Shown here in pieces: positions 39,699 through 52,988 of a DNA stretch of 64,000 nt (its first letter is position 1; every line of letters begins with the position of its first letter). The position numbers and the translations under genes are program-made. The notes below the pieces were generated by a model. That model was given only the letters and a program-made list of their open reading frames with translations, did no database searches and was not told where the DNA came from. This stretch comes from Octopus vulgaris. Taxonomy: Eukaryota. The stretch is from contig OX597833.1 of NCBI GenBank assembly GCA_951406725.2, forward strand, positions 39,370,001 to 39,434,000. The letters run 5' to 3'.

Positions 39699-39746
39699 AT
39701 TTATCCATGGGGAACTCTGTACAACCTGTTGTTTATTTTATATAAA

Positions 39747-40355
39747 GGCATAGGAGTGGCTGTGTGGCAAGTAGCTTGCTTATCAACCACATGGTTCCAG
39801 GTTCAGTCTCACTGTGTGCCACCTTGGGCAAGTGTCTTCTACTATAGCCTCAGGCCTAACAAAGTGGATTTGGTAGACTGAAACTGAAGAAGCCCATCGT
39901 GAGCTGGCAGAAACGTTAGCGCGCCGGGCGAAATGCGTAGCCGTATTTCGTCTGTCACTACGTTCTGAGTTCAAATTCCACCAAGGTCAACTTTGCCTTT
40001 CATTCTCTCAAGGTCGAGAAATAAAGTACCAATTTCGCACTGGGTTGATGTAATCGACTTAATCTGTTTGTCTGTCCTTGTTTGTCCCCTCTATGTTTAG
40101 CCCCTTGTGGGTAGTAAAGAAATATATATATGTATGTGTGTGTGTTTGTGTGTCTGTGTTTGTCCCCCCAACATCGCTTGACAACCGATGGTGGTGTGTT
40201 TACATCCCGTAACTTAGCGGTTTGGCAAAAGAGACTGATAGAATAAGCACTAGGCTTACAAAGAATAAGTCCTGAGGTTGATTTTCTCAAATAAAGGCAG
40301 TGCTCCAGTATGGCCACAGTCAAATGACTGAAACAAGTAAAAGAGTAAAAGAGAG
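39747..40355 (+). mobile_element. SINE family A interrupted by a family C SINE (39901-40124)
   Basis: family A head to gaagcccatcgt, then gagctggcagaaacgttagc...gtaaagaaata, then family A resumes. Confidence 0.9.
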
Positions 40356-40531
40356 TGTATATATAAATATATATATATAAAGAGCAAATATGCAGGAGTG
40401 AATATTTATATAGATATTATGATTGTTATTATTATCCAGAGTAATATAAATAAGAGATAATAACAACAATGATGTAAATGGTTGCAGGCCTAAAATAGCA
40501 TTATATAGCTATAGAATTAAAATTTATATTA

Positions 40532-40643
40532 ATCATAAGGGCACACAAATGCACCTGCTTGCTAGAAATAAGAGTCAAAACCCTCAATGGTGGTTTTTAA
40601 CTCTTATTTCTAGCAGGCAGATGCATTTGTGTGCCCTTATGAT
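40532..40643. repeat. hairpin with about 48-bp arms
   Basis: atcataagggcacacaaatgc...gctagaaataagagt / actcttatttctagc...gcatttgtgtgcccttatgat. Confidence 0.88.
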
Positions 40644-41022
40644 ATATATATTGAATAATAAGATGTTGTTGAGTTGAAATCCCTATCAGCAAAGTATACT
40701 CTAGTGCTGTGCTTTTAAAGACAAGTGGATTTTAAAACATTCCTTACTTAAAAAGCAGGAAAGCCATTTGGCCATAAAACAATGCCTCAGAAAGTATTTG
40801 CCAAACCAATTTTAGAAAGGAAAAAGGAAAGAATTAGAGAAGACATATATATATAAGGTTAGCTGAGTTAGAGGTTAAAATAATTGTCTAAGGGATAGAA
40901 GTATCCATTACACTACTGGTATATTACCAATGCTTAACTATGGGCATACGTATGCAAGCATATTAGGCTCATAAATGATACACACACAAATATATATACA
41001 TATCACTCTCTCCCTCTCTCTC

Positions 41023-41087
<65 letters not shown>

Positions 41088-41135
41088 AAATATATATATA
41101 TAAATACACACACATATATATATACATATGTATAT

Positions 41136-41176
<41 letters not shown>

Positions 41177-41366
41177 CATGTATACATATATATATATATT
41201 ACTTATATACACATATATGAATATATTTATATAAGTATAAATACAGTATATATAAATATCAATATGTATATATATATATATATGTATGTATTTATATATA
41301 TGTGTATATATACAGATATACATATGAATGTATGTATGTATGTATGTATGTATGTATGTATGTATG

Positions 41367-41397
<31 letters not shown>

Positions 41398-41870
41398 ATA
41401 TATATATATATATATATAAAAAATATATATATATATATATACACACATACATAATAAGAGGTGATGTTGGTGTGTATGTGTTGTGTGTAGAGTTTACCTT
41501 TGAGACATGTCTTTATTGAAAAATATGTTACTGTTTTGTCAACGTTAATTTTAATTTCTTATAATTTCTGCAGAACTCTCAAGAGAAATTAGGAAATAAG
41601 CAGATAAAATTATGATTGGCATTGTATCAACACATACGCTCATGTGTACGGACATTCTGCCATACATATACCTATTCATAGATGTACATACCCACACACT
41701 CACATAGAGGTACATGCACTCACTCATGCAGAGACATTGATGTATGCACATAGAAGTATATATAGACAAACATACGTACAGCAATATGGTCTCTGTGTAT
41801 GTGTTTAGCTGTGCCTAGATGTATATCAAGTTAATATACATACATATACATATGTATGTGTGTGTATTTA

Positions 41871-42250
41871 GGCACAGGCATGGCTGTGGTTAGAAGCTTG
41901 CTTCCCAACCAAATGGTTCCAGGTTCAGTCCCACTGCGTAGCACCTTGGGCAAGTGACTTATACTGTAGCCTCGGGCTGATCAAGGAGTTGGTTGATGGG
42001 AACTGAAAGAAGCCTGTTGTATATATATACATATGTATATGTTTTTGTGCATGTGTCTGTGTTTGTCCCTTCACCATCGCTTGACAACTGATGCTGGTGT
42101 GTTTACATCCCCGTAACTTAGCGGTTCAGTAAAAGAGGCTGAAAGAATAAGTACTAGGCTTACAAAGAATAAGTCCAGGGATTGATTTGTTTGACTAAAG
42201 GCAGTGCTCCAGCATGGCTGCAGTGAAATGACTGACACAAGTAAAAGAAT
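41871..42250 (+). mobile_element. SINE family A, full length
   Basis: ggcacaggcatggctgtgg head to aagtaaaagaat tail. Confidence 0.9.
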
Positions 42251-42732
42251 ATATATATATATATATATATATTCTTTTACTTGTGTCAGTCATTTCACTC
42301 CAGCCATATATATATATATCATCATCATGATATACATACATATATATAAATAAAACATATGCATATATACATACATATATGTACATACCTACATCTACAT
42401 GTATATATACATGCATATATGGGTACAGGACACCAAAAAACGTAGAACACAAGGAGAAACAAAAACATGGAAACAGACTTTTTCAAACAACAAAAAAAAA
42501 CAGAGTACAAGACATACAACACAAGGAATATTCCCCTTCTTCAGCTGCCCCTGCTTCGTTTGTGTATATGTTTACATTTATGTATATTGACTACAATATG
42601 AGAGGATTTTAGCTCTTATTTCTAGCAATGTAGGTGTTTCTTAAAACCCTAGTCACATTTAGTGACAATTACAATTCTCCTTTTCAGTGAAACATTGCAA
42701 ACAACTGTTTATACTAATTTTACATATATATA

Positions 42733-43594
42733 CAGGGTGAATATATTGTCTAAATTATGCAAAAATGAAAATAACACTGACATCTCATTTTAACAGATAT
42801 ATTTACCAAAATTACATAAAAATATTTTGAAATACTAAAGAGTAAATTTATTTAATATATCACCATTGGCTTCAATTATGGCCCCTAGACAACATTGGAA
42901 TCTCCTTCAACTCTTCTGGACAGTTTCCTTGTTGGTAAATGCTACCATAATCCTTGCCTTCAGGTCATCTTTGGTGTTACAAGGAGTTTTTTTTTTGTCC
43001 CTTGCTCAACTGCACACCATATATTATAATAAAGGGAGTTGCAGTCTGGGGAGTTAGATGGCCAAATGTTAGGGGAGATGTGGTGGCCAGATTTTAGGGG
43101 TGATGTTGTCATAGAAATTGTCTGACAACCATGACTGGTTCTCTAGCTTGTGTGACATGGTGCAGAGTCCTATTGCCAGACACAGGTCTTCTAGCAGCCA
43201 CCCTCTTGACCCAGGGCAGCACTACCTTCTTCAGGAACTTGATGTAGACCTCTGTGTTGAATCTGAGGCTTTGTTGGAAGATGAATGGAGGCATAACACT
43301 ACCATCACTAGTGATCACTCCAAGCACCATGATGTTGACTGGATGTTTGATTTTTATCACTCTCGATATATGTCTTGGGGACACGGTAGGCCAACAGTTG
43401 CTTTGTGTGTTCACCTTCTGTTCGTATTAGAGCTTCTGGCTTGAATGCCAAGAAGTACAGCATGTCATTTCCAAATTTCTGGCAGAGTTAATTGCATCCC
43501 TACTATACTAGGTAGTTGACAAAATAAAAAATAAACAATGCACATATGCAAGGTTAAAAATGTAAAACAGCGACAATTTACCCATCACACCCTG
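42733..43594 (-). mobile_element. internally deleted Tc1/mariner-superfamily transposon (maT/DD37D-like)
   Basis: ends cagggtg...caccctg; KHPVNIMVLGVITSDGSVMPPFIF...VLPWVKRVA and WPSNSPDCNSLYYNIW; 5' end matches the copy at 55901. Confidence 0.85.
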
Positions 43595-43779
43595 TGTATA
43601 TATATATATATATGTGTGTGTTGGCAGTTATATGTTATGATATATACATACATACATACATACATATATATATATGTATGTATATGTGTATGTATGTGTG
43701 TATGTATGAGAGTGTGAGTGTGTAAGCATGTGTGTGTGTATGTATATATATATATATATGTTTATATATGTATATATAT

Positions 43780-45260
43780 ATAGCAAATAAGTAACAAGGA
43801 AATCCGGGCACCAATGCATTACAGCCGTTTCAAGCAACTCCATTCAGTTGATCAATGCAAACATTCCAGCAATTTGAAATAAACCACTCTCCTCGGTAGC
43901 ATATGACCATATAGATTTCCATGATACAGGATACTCCATCGCAATTTTTTAGCAAATCTTTCATCAGTGCTAGAGACTAAAATAATTACATTGCTTCTTT
44001 TTGCTATTATTGTAGCAGAATAAATTTGGGTCAAAATACCTAAAGCCTATTATAATTTAGAATGGCAGAAGAAAATAATGGGGTTCAAGAAAGAGAAATG
44101 GTGATATAACTACATTCATCTTTATCCTTATCACATTCAAGAGACCCAATGCTGCAAGTAGTCTACATCCCCTTAGAATTAAAACCATTGAGAATTGACA
44201 GTTAAGTTCTTGTTTGTTGATGATGAATTAATTAATGTCAGATAATCTTCCCTGCCCCTATTTTACTGTGACCATAAAACCAGCCATATCTTCATAAAAG
44301 AATATGTTTCAGAAGATGCTAGCAAGATAATGATAAATAGAGCCAAGGTGATAACCAGAAAAAGGAAGGGCAGGCGTGACTTAACATATTATGATTATCA
44401 ACTAAAAGGGGCCTAAAATGGAAAACAAAGGAGGTCACAATGAGATTTAAGTGTGGGGATTACAAGTAAGGGGTGGAGTGGGGTGGGGGAAGTGTGCCTC
44501 CAAAACTTAGCAAAATTTATATATTAAAAATTAAAAATTTAGAAAAGGATTTAAAGACCAGGTAAGAGAAGAAGGATAGATAGAACAATACAATCCATAA
44601 AAGTGTGGTGGGGGAACCTTTTCAATCTCAGTCACAGATTTTTAAATTAATTTTTTTTTAACTAAACAGTTTGAAACTTTGGATACTGGTTGAATGTGTA
44701 ATGTAGAACACGGTTTACTCTCAAAGTTTTTGACAAAAATTTGTATTTTAGAAGTTATTTCATGTTAAAGTTGTCATATTTGGGTTTTCTTGTAATTATT
44801 TGAAAGTACATCACATTAGTAGATTACGTTTTTAGTTTTACCTTTATTTAAGAATTCTCAAGTATTTTTATCTCTGCAGCCACATAGATTAGTATGATTA
44901 TCTGTGCCTATGATATGTTTGTGGGGGCGGATTATTATTTATAAGGTGGTTGTCTGAATTTTTAGAGGGCAAATTATTTGGGGGCTCCCTTATTATATCA
45001 ATCAATTGGTTGTGCTTTTTATTATTGTTATTCTTCCTAGTTTCATATAAGACATCTAGCTTTTTATTGTTGATAGAGGTTATAATAGCTTGCTAGGCTA
45101 TGGCCTACTCTAAATTTATTGCTAAAGATTACTGAGTATTTGGTGCTTATTTATAAGTCTCATTACAGATTTAACTATACAGGTTTTTAGTTTCATTGCG
45201 AAGGGGATTATTAGCCAGATGTTACCTTTGTTCCATTTGTTATTTTTAATATTTTTGTTT
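43780..45260 (-). mobile_element. decayed Penelope-like element (post-RT/GIY-YIG region and terminal repeat with hammerhead motif at 43816-43970)
   Basis: NIWLIIPFAMKLKTCIVKSVMRLINKH resembles the PLE WFNPPF..NVKT.IG..FL.LI.KH block; rc gca-CTGATGA-aag...ctt-GAAA-cggctg-TA-a-tgc. Confidence 0.55.
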
Positions 45261-45649
45261 TTGGTGTAGAAACTGCCCTCATTATTATTGTAGATCGTAA
45301 AGTTATGGTTATAATTATTGTTCTTCTTTCTATTGTTATTTTTATTACTATTACTATCAGCTTTTATTTCATTTACCAGAGACTTTATTGGTTCTTTGAA
45401 GTGTGTTATTTTAATTTTTATTGTTATTAATATTTTTCTTGGTATTGTTATCATTCCCATTATTAGTTTTATTATCATGTTTAATGTTGTTATTATGAAT
45501 CTTATCATTCTTCCTACTATTTTCAATATTACTACTACTATTACTATTATTGTTATTCTTATTGTTTTTGTGATTATTATGATAGATATTTTAGCTATTA
45601 TTCCTATTATTATAATTTTGAATATTTATGTTATTCAGGTTATTTTTAT

Positions 45650-46900
45650 AGGGTTCCGTGTAAAGGTACTTAATTTATTGCTTATAACCAGCTTATATTG
45701 GAGCAACTAAAAATGAAATGAAACTTAGATATAATTCTCATTGCTCAAGTTTCAGAAACAGAAGTAAAGCGAACTCTACCAGACTAAGTAGTTACATCTA
45801 GGAATTGAAAGACAAAAACATTAATTATAGATTAGAATGGCACATCCTAGTCGAAACATCTTCATATAATCTTAATGATAATTGCTATAATTTATGCATA
45901 AATGAGAAATTCTTCATTTTAATGACCAAATCAGAATTACTTAATAAATGAGACAAGAAAAATAAAACATGTTTGCATAAAGATGAATTCTTATTCTCTA
46001 AATACTGCTAATACCCACACTATATGTTACCAGTTGACCTGCCTAACATCTTATTACCTCTCCTAACCATCCCACTTACCACAGAGCATAATTTAACATC
46101 ACATCACAGTTTTACATTAAATTACCTCGATTAACTGAACTATTTAAAATTCTACGTTGTACACCTGGCCAGATAATCCTCTATAATATATTCACTTTAA
46201 AGCTTGATTGCCAACTCACATAACACGTTATATTTTTTATTTTTATTGATTTTTATAGATTTTTACTCTTTACCTTTTTATTATTCCTTTATGTAGCCCA
46301 TATATATATATACATTATGTTATACCAACTTTTAAAAATCATCCTTAGTTTTGAACAAGGGCCTTATTTGTAATCATAGGGACTAACCTAGCAGTCACTA
46401 ACAGTGTTGTATATGGCAATTACCAACACTGGATATCTCCACCAGGTATAACTCCCTCGACTCACACTGCCGGTCAACTAGTCATTTTCCCCACTTACTG
46501 CTCCATTCAGCTAACTAAAGAAACATACAAACATGTGGAACCCAAAAAGTCACAAAAATGTAAGCCTAAAGACTTGATGAACTTTTTCCCTTTCCTTTCA
46601 TTTCCCTTTTTCTCCTATTTATATTCCTCTAAATCATTCTGATGATATTTGTTAAATGGAATGAGATAAATGCAAATTTACTTCGATTTGATGAACAGAA
46701 ACAGTTGTAAATGGTTCTGAACTACAATTAAACTATGTCCTTTTAATATCAATGATCAACTTCTCATTGTTTATTATTGCTCCATTTCTTTTATTTTCTA
46801 TATACATTAAATCACAGTTTTACCATTAAATTACTAACTACTTTATACCTTATAGCTAGGACTATACATAGTGAGGTAATACACCAGTAGTGTCTACAGA
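45650..46900 (+). mobile_element. decayed Penelope-like element C-terminus and terminal repeat
   Basis: CYNLCINEKFFILMTKSELLNK at about 45883-45950 (PLE C.LC..EK..I...LLNK motif), followed by a hammerhead motif. Confidence 0.6.
46633..46715 (+). ncRNA. type-I hammerhead ribozyme-like motif
   Basis: atcatt-CTGATGA(46639-46645)-tatttgttaaat...atttgatgaaca-GAAA-cagttg-TA-aatggt. Confidence 0.65.
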
Positions 46901-46948
46901 TACATTTATCCCTTAGACGGTTGCATAACCTCTAACTCATATTTTTCC

Positions 46949-46992
<44 letters not shown>

Positions 46993-47339
46993 CATAAAAT
47001 AAAATGAAATATATAGTGCAATTATAAAATATAAAAATACATGAATAAATATAAATACCATATTGCATTATATTATACCATATTGATGTAATATTTCCAT
47101 TGGTTGATTAAATGGAGCCGCTTCAAATGGCTGTAATACACTGATACCTGGACATCCTTGTTATTCATTTGCTTTTTATTCACTTAACTTCGAGCTGTGC
47201 AGACAATACCAGACTGACTTGGTGCCTCAACTTAAGTACCTAATTTAACTGAATCTTAATTATTTCTTATACATACACACACGCACACACACACATATAC
47301 ACACACATATATATATACATATATAAAGGTATGTATGTA

Positions 47340-47700
47340 TCATCATCATCATCATCATCATCATAATCATCATCTTCACTATTTAATATCCATTTTCTAT
47401 GTTTGCATAGGTTGAAGAGTTTGACAGGAGCTGGAGGAACAGAGCACTGTGCCAAGCTCTGCTAGCCACTTTGGCATGGTCTCTAAAGCCAACCACTTTG
47501 CACAGTGTAGTGAGTGCTTTTTCTTTGGCACCAGCACCAGAGTGTTTATTAAGCAAGTCACAAAGCAAGGACCCCTCAAATGAGGGGAGGAAGCTTTATT
47601 GTTGAAGGAGGTGGCTTTGTGTCAGATGAAGAGAGGTTTAAGTATTGAAGAGGGACAGAAACAGGTATCTTGATGTGGATACCCCGGTTGAAATAAAACA
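47340..47700 (-). mobile_element. family D, diverged
   Basis: (cat)n tail...gccaaccactttgcacagtgtagtgagtgcttt. Confidence 0.6.
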
Positions 47701-47927
47701 AGGAGAGAAAGGAGAAAGAGAAGATGGTGATGAAAGGTGTGTTGGGGGTGCACCCTCAAGATACAAAAAGGTGAACGTAAGTGGAGTGGTACAAAGGATT
47801 GGATAGGGTGAGTGCGTAAGTAATTTCACGAGGCTGTATGTATGCATGCATGTACACACACACACACACATGCTCACACACACACACACACTCACACAAA
47901 ATCACATTGCTAGCATACCTGACAACT

Positions 47928-48162
47928 TATTTCTTTACTACCCACAAAGGGCTAAACACAGAGAGGACAAACAAGGACACACCAACGGATTAAGTTGATT
48001 ATATCGACCCCAGTGCGTAACTGGTACTTATTTAATCAACCCCGAAAGGATGAAAGGCAAAGTCGACCTTGGCGGAATTTGAACTCAGAATGTTACGGTA
48101 GACGAAATACGGCTATGCATTTCACCTGGCGTGCTAACGTTTCTGCCAGCTCGCCGTCTTCT
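47928..48162 (-). mobile_element. SINE family C, full length with perfect 15-bp TSD
   Basis: gcatacctgacaact at 47913-47927 and 48163-48177. Confidence 0.93.
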
Positions 48163-48612
48163 GCATACCTGACAACTAACACACTAATATACATGTACAC
48201 ACATTCACAATGACACTTGTACATATGTACATGCACATACTCTGATACATTCATACATGAAGACAGTTAACTTTTAAATGAGTTTGACTATCACTGACAA
48301 AGCAATGCCTGTGCAAAGTTTTAGACCTAATAAGGATTGCACAGCTCTTCACAAACCCTCTCCACCATACTGACATGATCCAGAGACAAGCCAAGGCAAG
48401 ATACCCCATGCCAATATGGGTTCCAGGATTAATAATGTGGGAGTACCAAGATCTCAAGTGCATGCAAAACATTCCCAAAATGTCCAGTTCCATTCCCTGC
48501 ATTTCTGATTTTCTATTAGAGTAACCTTCTCCTAAAGACATGTTTCAACAAAAGCTGAAGGGTGTCTTGCTCCCATTCATCTTTCTGCATGCTGAAATTT
48601 CTGAGTACCCTT

Positions 48613-49403
48613 GCATACATCCATCCATCCATCCATCCATCCATCCATCCATCCATCCATGCATGCATACATACATACATACATACATACATACATACAT
48701 ACATACATACATACATACATACATACATACATACATACATACATACATACATACATGCATGCATACATACATGCATACATACATGCATACATGCATACAT
48801 ACAAACATACATACATACATGCATGCATACATACATACATGCATACATACATACATGCATACATACATACATACATGCATGCATACATACATACATGCAT
48901 GCATGCATGCATACATACATACATACATACATACATGCATACATACATACATGCATGCATGCATGCATGCATACATACAGACATACATACATACATACAT
49001 ACATACATACATACATACATACATACATACATACATACATACATACATACATACATACATACATGCATGCATGCATGCATACATACATGCATGCATGCAT
49101 GCATGCATGCATACATACATACATACATACATACATACATACATGCATGCATACATACATACATACATACATACATACATGCATACATACATACATACAT
49201 ACATGCATGCATGCATACATACATACATACATACATACATACATACATACATACACACACATACATACATACATACATACATACATACATACATGCATAC
49301 ACACATACATACATACATACATACATACATACATACATACATGCATACACATACATACATACATACATACATACATACATACATACATACATACATGCAT
49401 ACA
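48613..49403. repeat. about 790-bp (CATA)n/(CATG)n/(CATC)n tetranucleotide array
   Basis: direct reading. Confidence 0.97.
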
Positions 49404-49404
49404 T

Positions 49405-50393
49405 GGATATGTTAGTAGAAACCTCTGAGATAATAGTAACATTGGTCATCAAGGCAGTCTATCATGGACCAGAAACCGGATTACTAGGTCCCACTTTGAA
49501 AGGTATGCGTTTGCAACCCAGGAACAGGAAATATCAACCAAATACTTGACACACAAAAGGGATAGAGATGCAGGAAAAGTAGCAAAATGTGATAACCGAT
49601 GCAGACTTTGAAGAGTTAACACTGAAGGCATCACCCACATCAAAGCAGTTGTCCAAAAATGTCATCACAGTGTTATTTACCCATGAAACATGATGTTGTA
49701 GCTAGGATACTTTATAATGAAATCCATTGAAAGGATAACCCCGAAGACAAAGAAATAAGAACCTACAGTACAGTAGAAGCCATAGCCACTCATAATAAAA
49801 AGGACTACTGGTGGAATGTCCCAGTGAAAACCTCAATAAAATGTAAGCACAGCAGATATGATATAATGATTTGAGATTGAGAAGAGAAACTGTATAAGGT
49901 TGTGGAAACCATCTGCCCAGTGGCTGTTAACATAAAGCTAGAGGTCAGTGAAAAGGAGAATGCCTACACCGAACTATTGAGAAATCTGCAAGTACTCTAC
50001 CCAGATTACAAGTTCAGGTTTATACCTGTAATTATTGGGGTACTGGGATATGCAACACACTGCCTAAATACCAATCTTGAGAAATTAGGCTTCTCAAAGT
50101 CAGAAAAGGAGAAAGCTGATTTGAAGGTTATAGATCCAAGACATCACTGGGACTGTAAAAATCTGTAAAACATTTCAGAAGTTTGTCATTCAAGTATATA
50201 TGAACATGTATAGATATGCAAGTATATGCATGAAAATACATACATAGAACAAAACATACAGATCTGTACATATACATACATACAAAAATACCCTGTTGTT
50301 GATGTTGAAATTCCAATGAAGGAGCCTTGGATCTAGGTTAGAAACCAGCTCTTTCTCTATTGGCAAGAAATCTTGAAATAAAACTGAATAATG
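49405..50393 (+). mobile_element. R4/Dong-like family 2, 3' fragment with 3' UTR, embedded in (CATA)n
   Basis: DNRCRL...EGITHI..SCPKMSSQCYLPMKHDVVA...EKENAYTELLRNLQVLYPDYKFRFIPVIIGVLG. Confidence 0.82.
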
Positions 50394-50406
50394 ACATACA
50401 TACATG

Positions 50407-50438
<32 letters not shown>

Positions 50439-50518
50439 CATACATACATACAGTTGCATATGTACATACATACATACGCACATACATACATACATACATA
50501 CATACATACATACATACA

Positions 50519-51002
50519 TGATGGCCATCCACTCGTGACCGAGGAAGACCATTGCCGACCTTCGGGAACATTGTGTGCTCTAGGACGACTAACTTATATT
50601 TTGCATTTGCAGATCCGTTGGTGGCTAATGAGCCCTGCTCTTGACAAGCATACACGACTGCAAACATTGCAGACCAAGCTTTCCCCATTCACTATATGAG
50701 CCATGTGCTTTCATGCAACTCGCTAAAGTTCTTCATGCTGGATATGTGCTCTCTCAAAAGTGTCAATCCCCTCTTTAACCTGCTTCCTCCATCTGTGGCA
50801 ATGACAGGCATTGTTCTCCCAGTCAGTGTCCTGCATATCATAGGCCTTTAATGAGGACTTGACACAGTCCTTAAATCGCAGCCTTGGTTTCTGCCAGAGT
50901 CTCCTTCCATTCACAAGTTCTCCATAGAGCATCTGCTTAGGAATCCTTCTATCCTTCATTCTAATAAGGTTTCCAGTCCAACGCAACCGGTGCTTGTGCA
51001 CT
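50519..51002 (-). mobile_element. RTE (BovB-like) LINE 3' fragment
   Basis: RLRWTGNLIRMKDRRIPKQMLYGELVNGRR...PRLRFKDCVKSSLK; 3' UTR ggtcttcctcggtcacgagtggatggccatc. Confidence 0.9.
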
Positions 51003-51209
51003 CAAGATATCAGCTGTCCTCATACATACATACATACAAATATACATACATGCATACAGTTGCTTTTATGAAGAGATGTTAATACAAACATACATCTTGA
51101 TGTACACAAATCTGGACACTGAACAACACAGCCATACATTTGCACACACACACTCAAACATATATTTAAACAAGCTGTTACAAATGCTCACACATTCAAA
51201 CACACACAT

Positions 51210-51291
<82 letters not shown>

Positions 51292-51329
51292 CATCTTTCG
51301 CTGTACATTCTGGAATAGACAAGACACAC

Positions 51330-51429
51330 CATGACAACTATAACCATCACCATCACTATGGTTACAATAACAATTATTGCCAGATACCACCACCACCACC
51401 ACTACAACCACTACCACGACCATCACCAT

Positions 51430-51477
<48 letters not shown>

Positions 51478-52900
51478 AAATACCACAACCACCACTACGG
51501 CAACAATCACAACCACCGCCACCATCACCACTACCACCACCACAACTACCACCACCACAACCACCACCGCCATCACCACCACAACCATCACCACCTCTAC
51601 CATCACCACTTCTACCACCACAACCCCCATCACCTACCACAACCCCAACCACTACAACACCCAGCAGCATTAGCAGCAGCAGCACTACCACCACCACCAC
51701 CACAACCACCACTACAACCACCTCCACCACTACTACAGCCATCTCCACCACCACAACCCCAACAAGCAGCAGCAGTACCCCCACCTCTACCGCCACTACC
51801 ACTTTTATATCCACACACCACCTTCGACACCAGAGACACAAGTACCACAGTTATCACCACCGCTACCACCACACTACCACCAACACACCACCCCTACTTG
51901 TACAGTAAGATCAAGTAAAGAGGAAGACATATCATTCTTAAGTGTCCAACTAATGGTGTCTTGACCTTTATCCTAAACATTGTTGACCTTCAATTAATTA
52001 TTGCTGGACAATTCATTAGGACGGATCTTGGGAAAAAAATAAATGTGTGTGAGTGTGTTTGTGTGTGGTAGGGAGGGGAATGTGAGGGGTATCAGCATTA
52101 TACCCACCACCACCACCACCATCCACCAAAACCACCACCACCACCACCACCACCTCATCATCATCATCATCGTCATCATCATCATGACATCATCATTATC
52201 AACAGCTGCAACGACATCACCATGTTTGTCTTCACCTCCACACCACCACATCAATAACAACCACCACCGCAACAGCAACCACCACCTCAACAACAACTAC
52301 TACCGTGATGATGATTATCATCATCATCAGCATCAGCAGCAGCAGTTGTAGCAGCAGCATGCTCATATTCATCCACCACCACCACCATCACCACCACCAC
52401 TATCTCCGATAACAGCATCAACATCATCACTATCATCATCATCTTCATCCTCATCACCATAATCACCACCACAACCACCATTACATCATCACTACCATCA
52501 CCGTCACCATCACCACCACTACTATCACCACCACCGCCATCATCATTATCATCACCACCACTACCACCACAACCACCACCATCATCATCATTGCTAACAA
52601 TATCTCTAACAATCAATGCAGCCAATGAAACCACCACCATCACCACCACCACCACCACCATGGTGTTATTAGCAAAACCATCCCACACCCTGACACTACT
52701 ATCATCACTATCACAACCACCACAATGTACTGCTACCTTTACTATCACAATGATCACACTTCAAACACCACAACAACTACAACCACAACAACCATCACAT
52801 ATCACACACCACCACCACCACCATCACTACAAAAACTACTACAACCACCACCATCACCATCAAAACCTTCACAACTGCACCTCACATTATACTACCACCT
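51330..52900. repeat. degenerate (CAC/CAT/TAC)n low-complexity region
   Basis: direct reading. Confidence 0.85.
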
Positions 52901-52931
52901 GGTAGACGGAAACTGAAAGAAGCCCATCGTA

Positions 52932-52988
<57 letters not shown>

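Noticed and set aside
45318-45710. Hydrophobic ORF resembling a mitochondrial membrane protein (NUMT)
   Set aside because: Degenerate (ATT)n tract within a PLE remnant; no recognisable mitochondrial motif
48516-49549. Longest ORFs (283-312 aa, MYVC/HTYI repeats)
   Set aside because: Translations of a (CATA)n array, open in all six frames
51196-52916. Mucin-like or His/Pro-rich ORFs
   Set aside because: Degenerate (CAC)n low complexity, open in multiple frames
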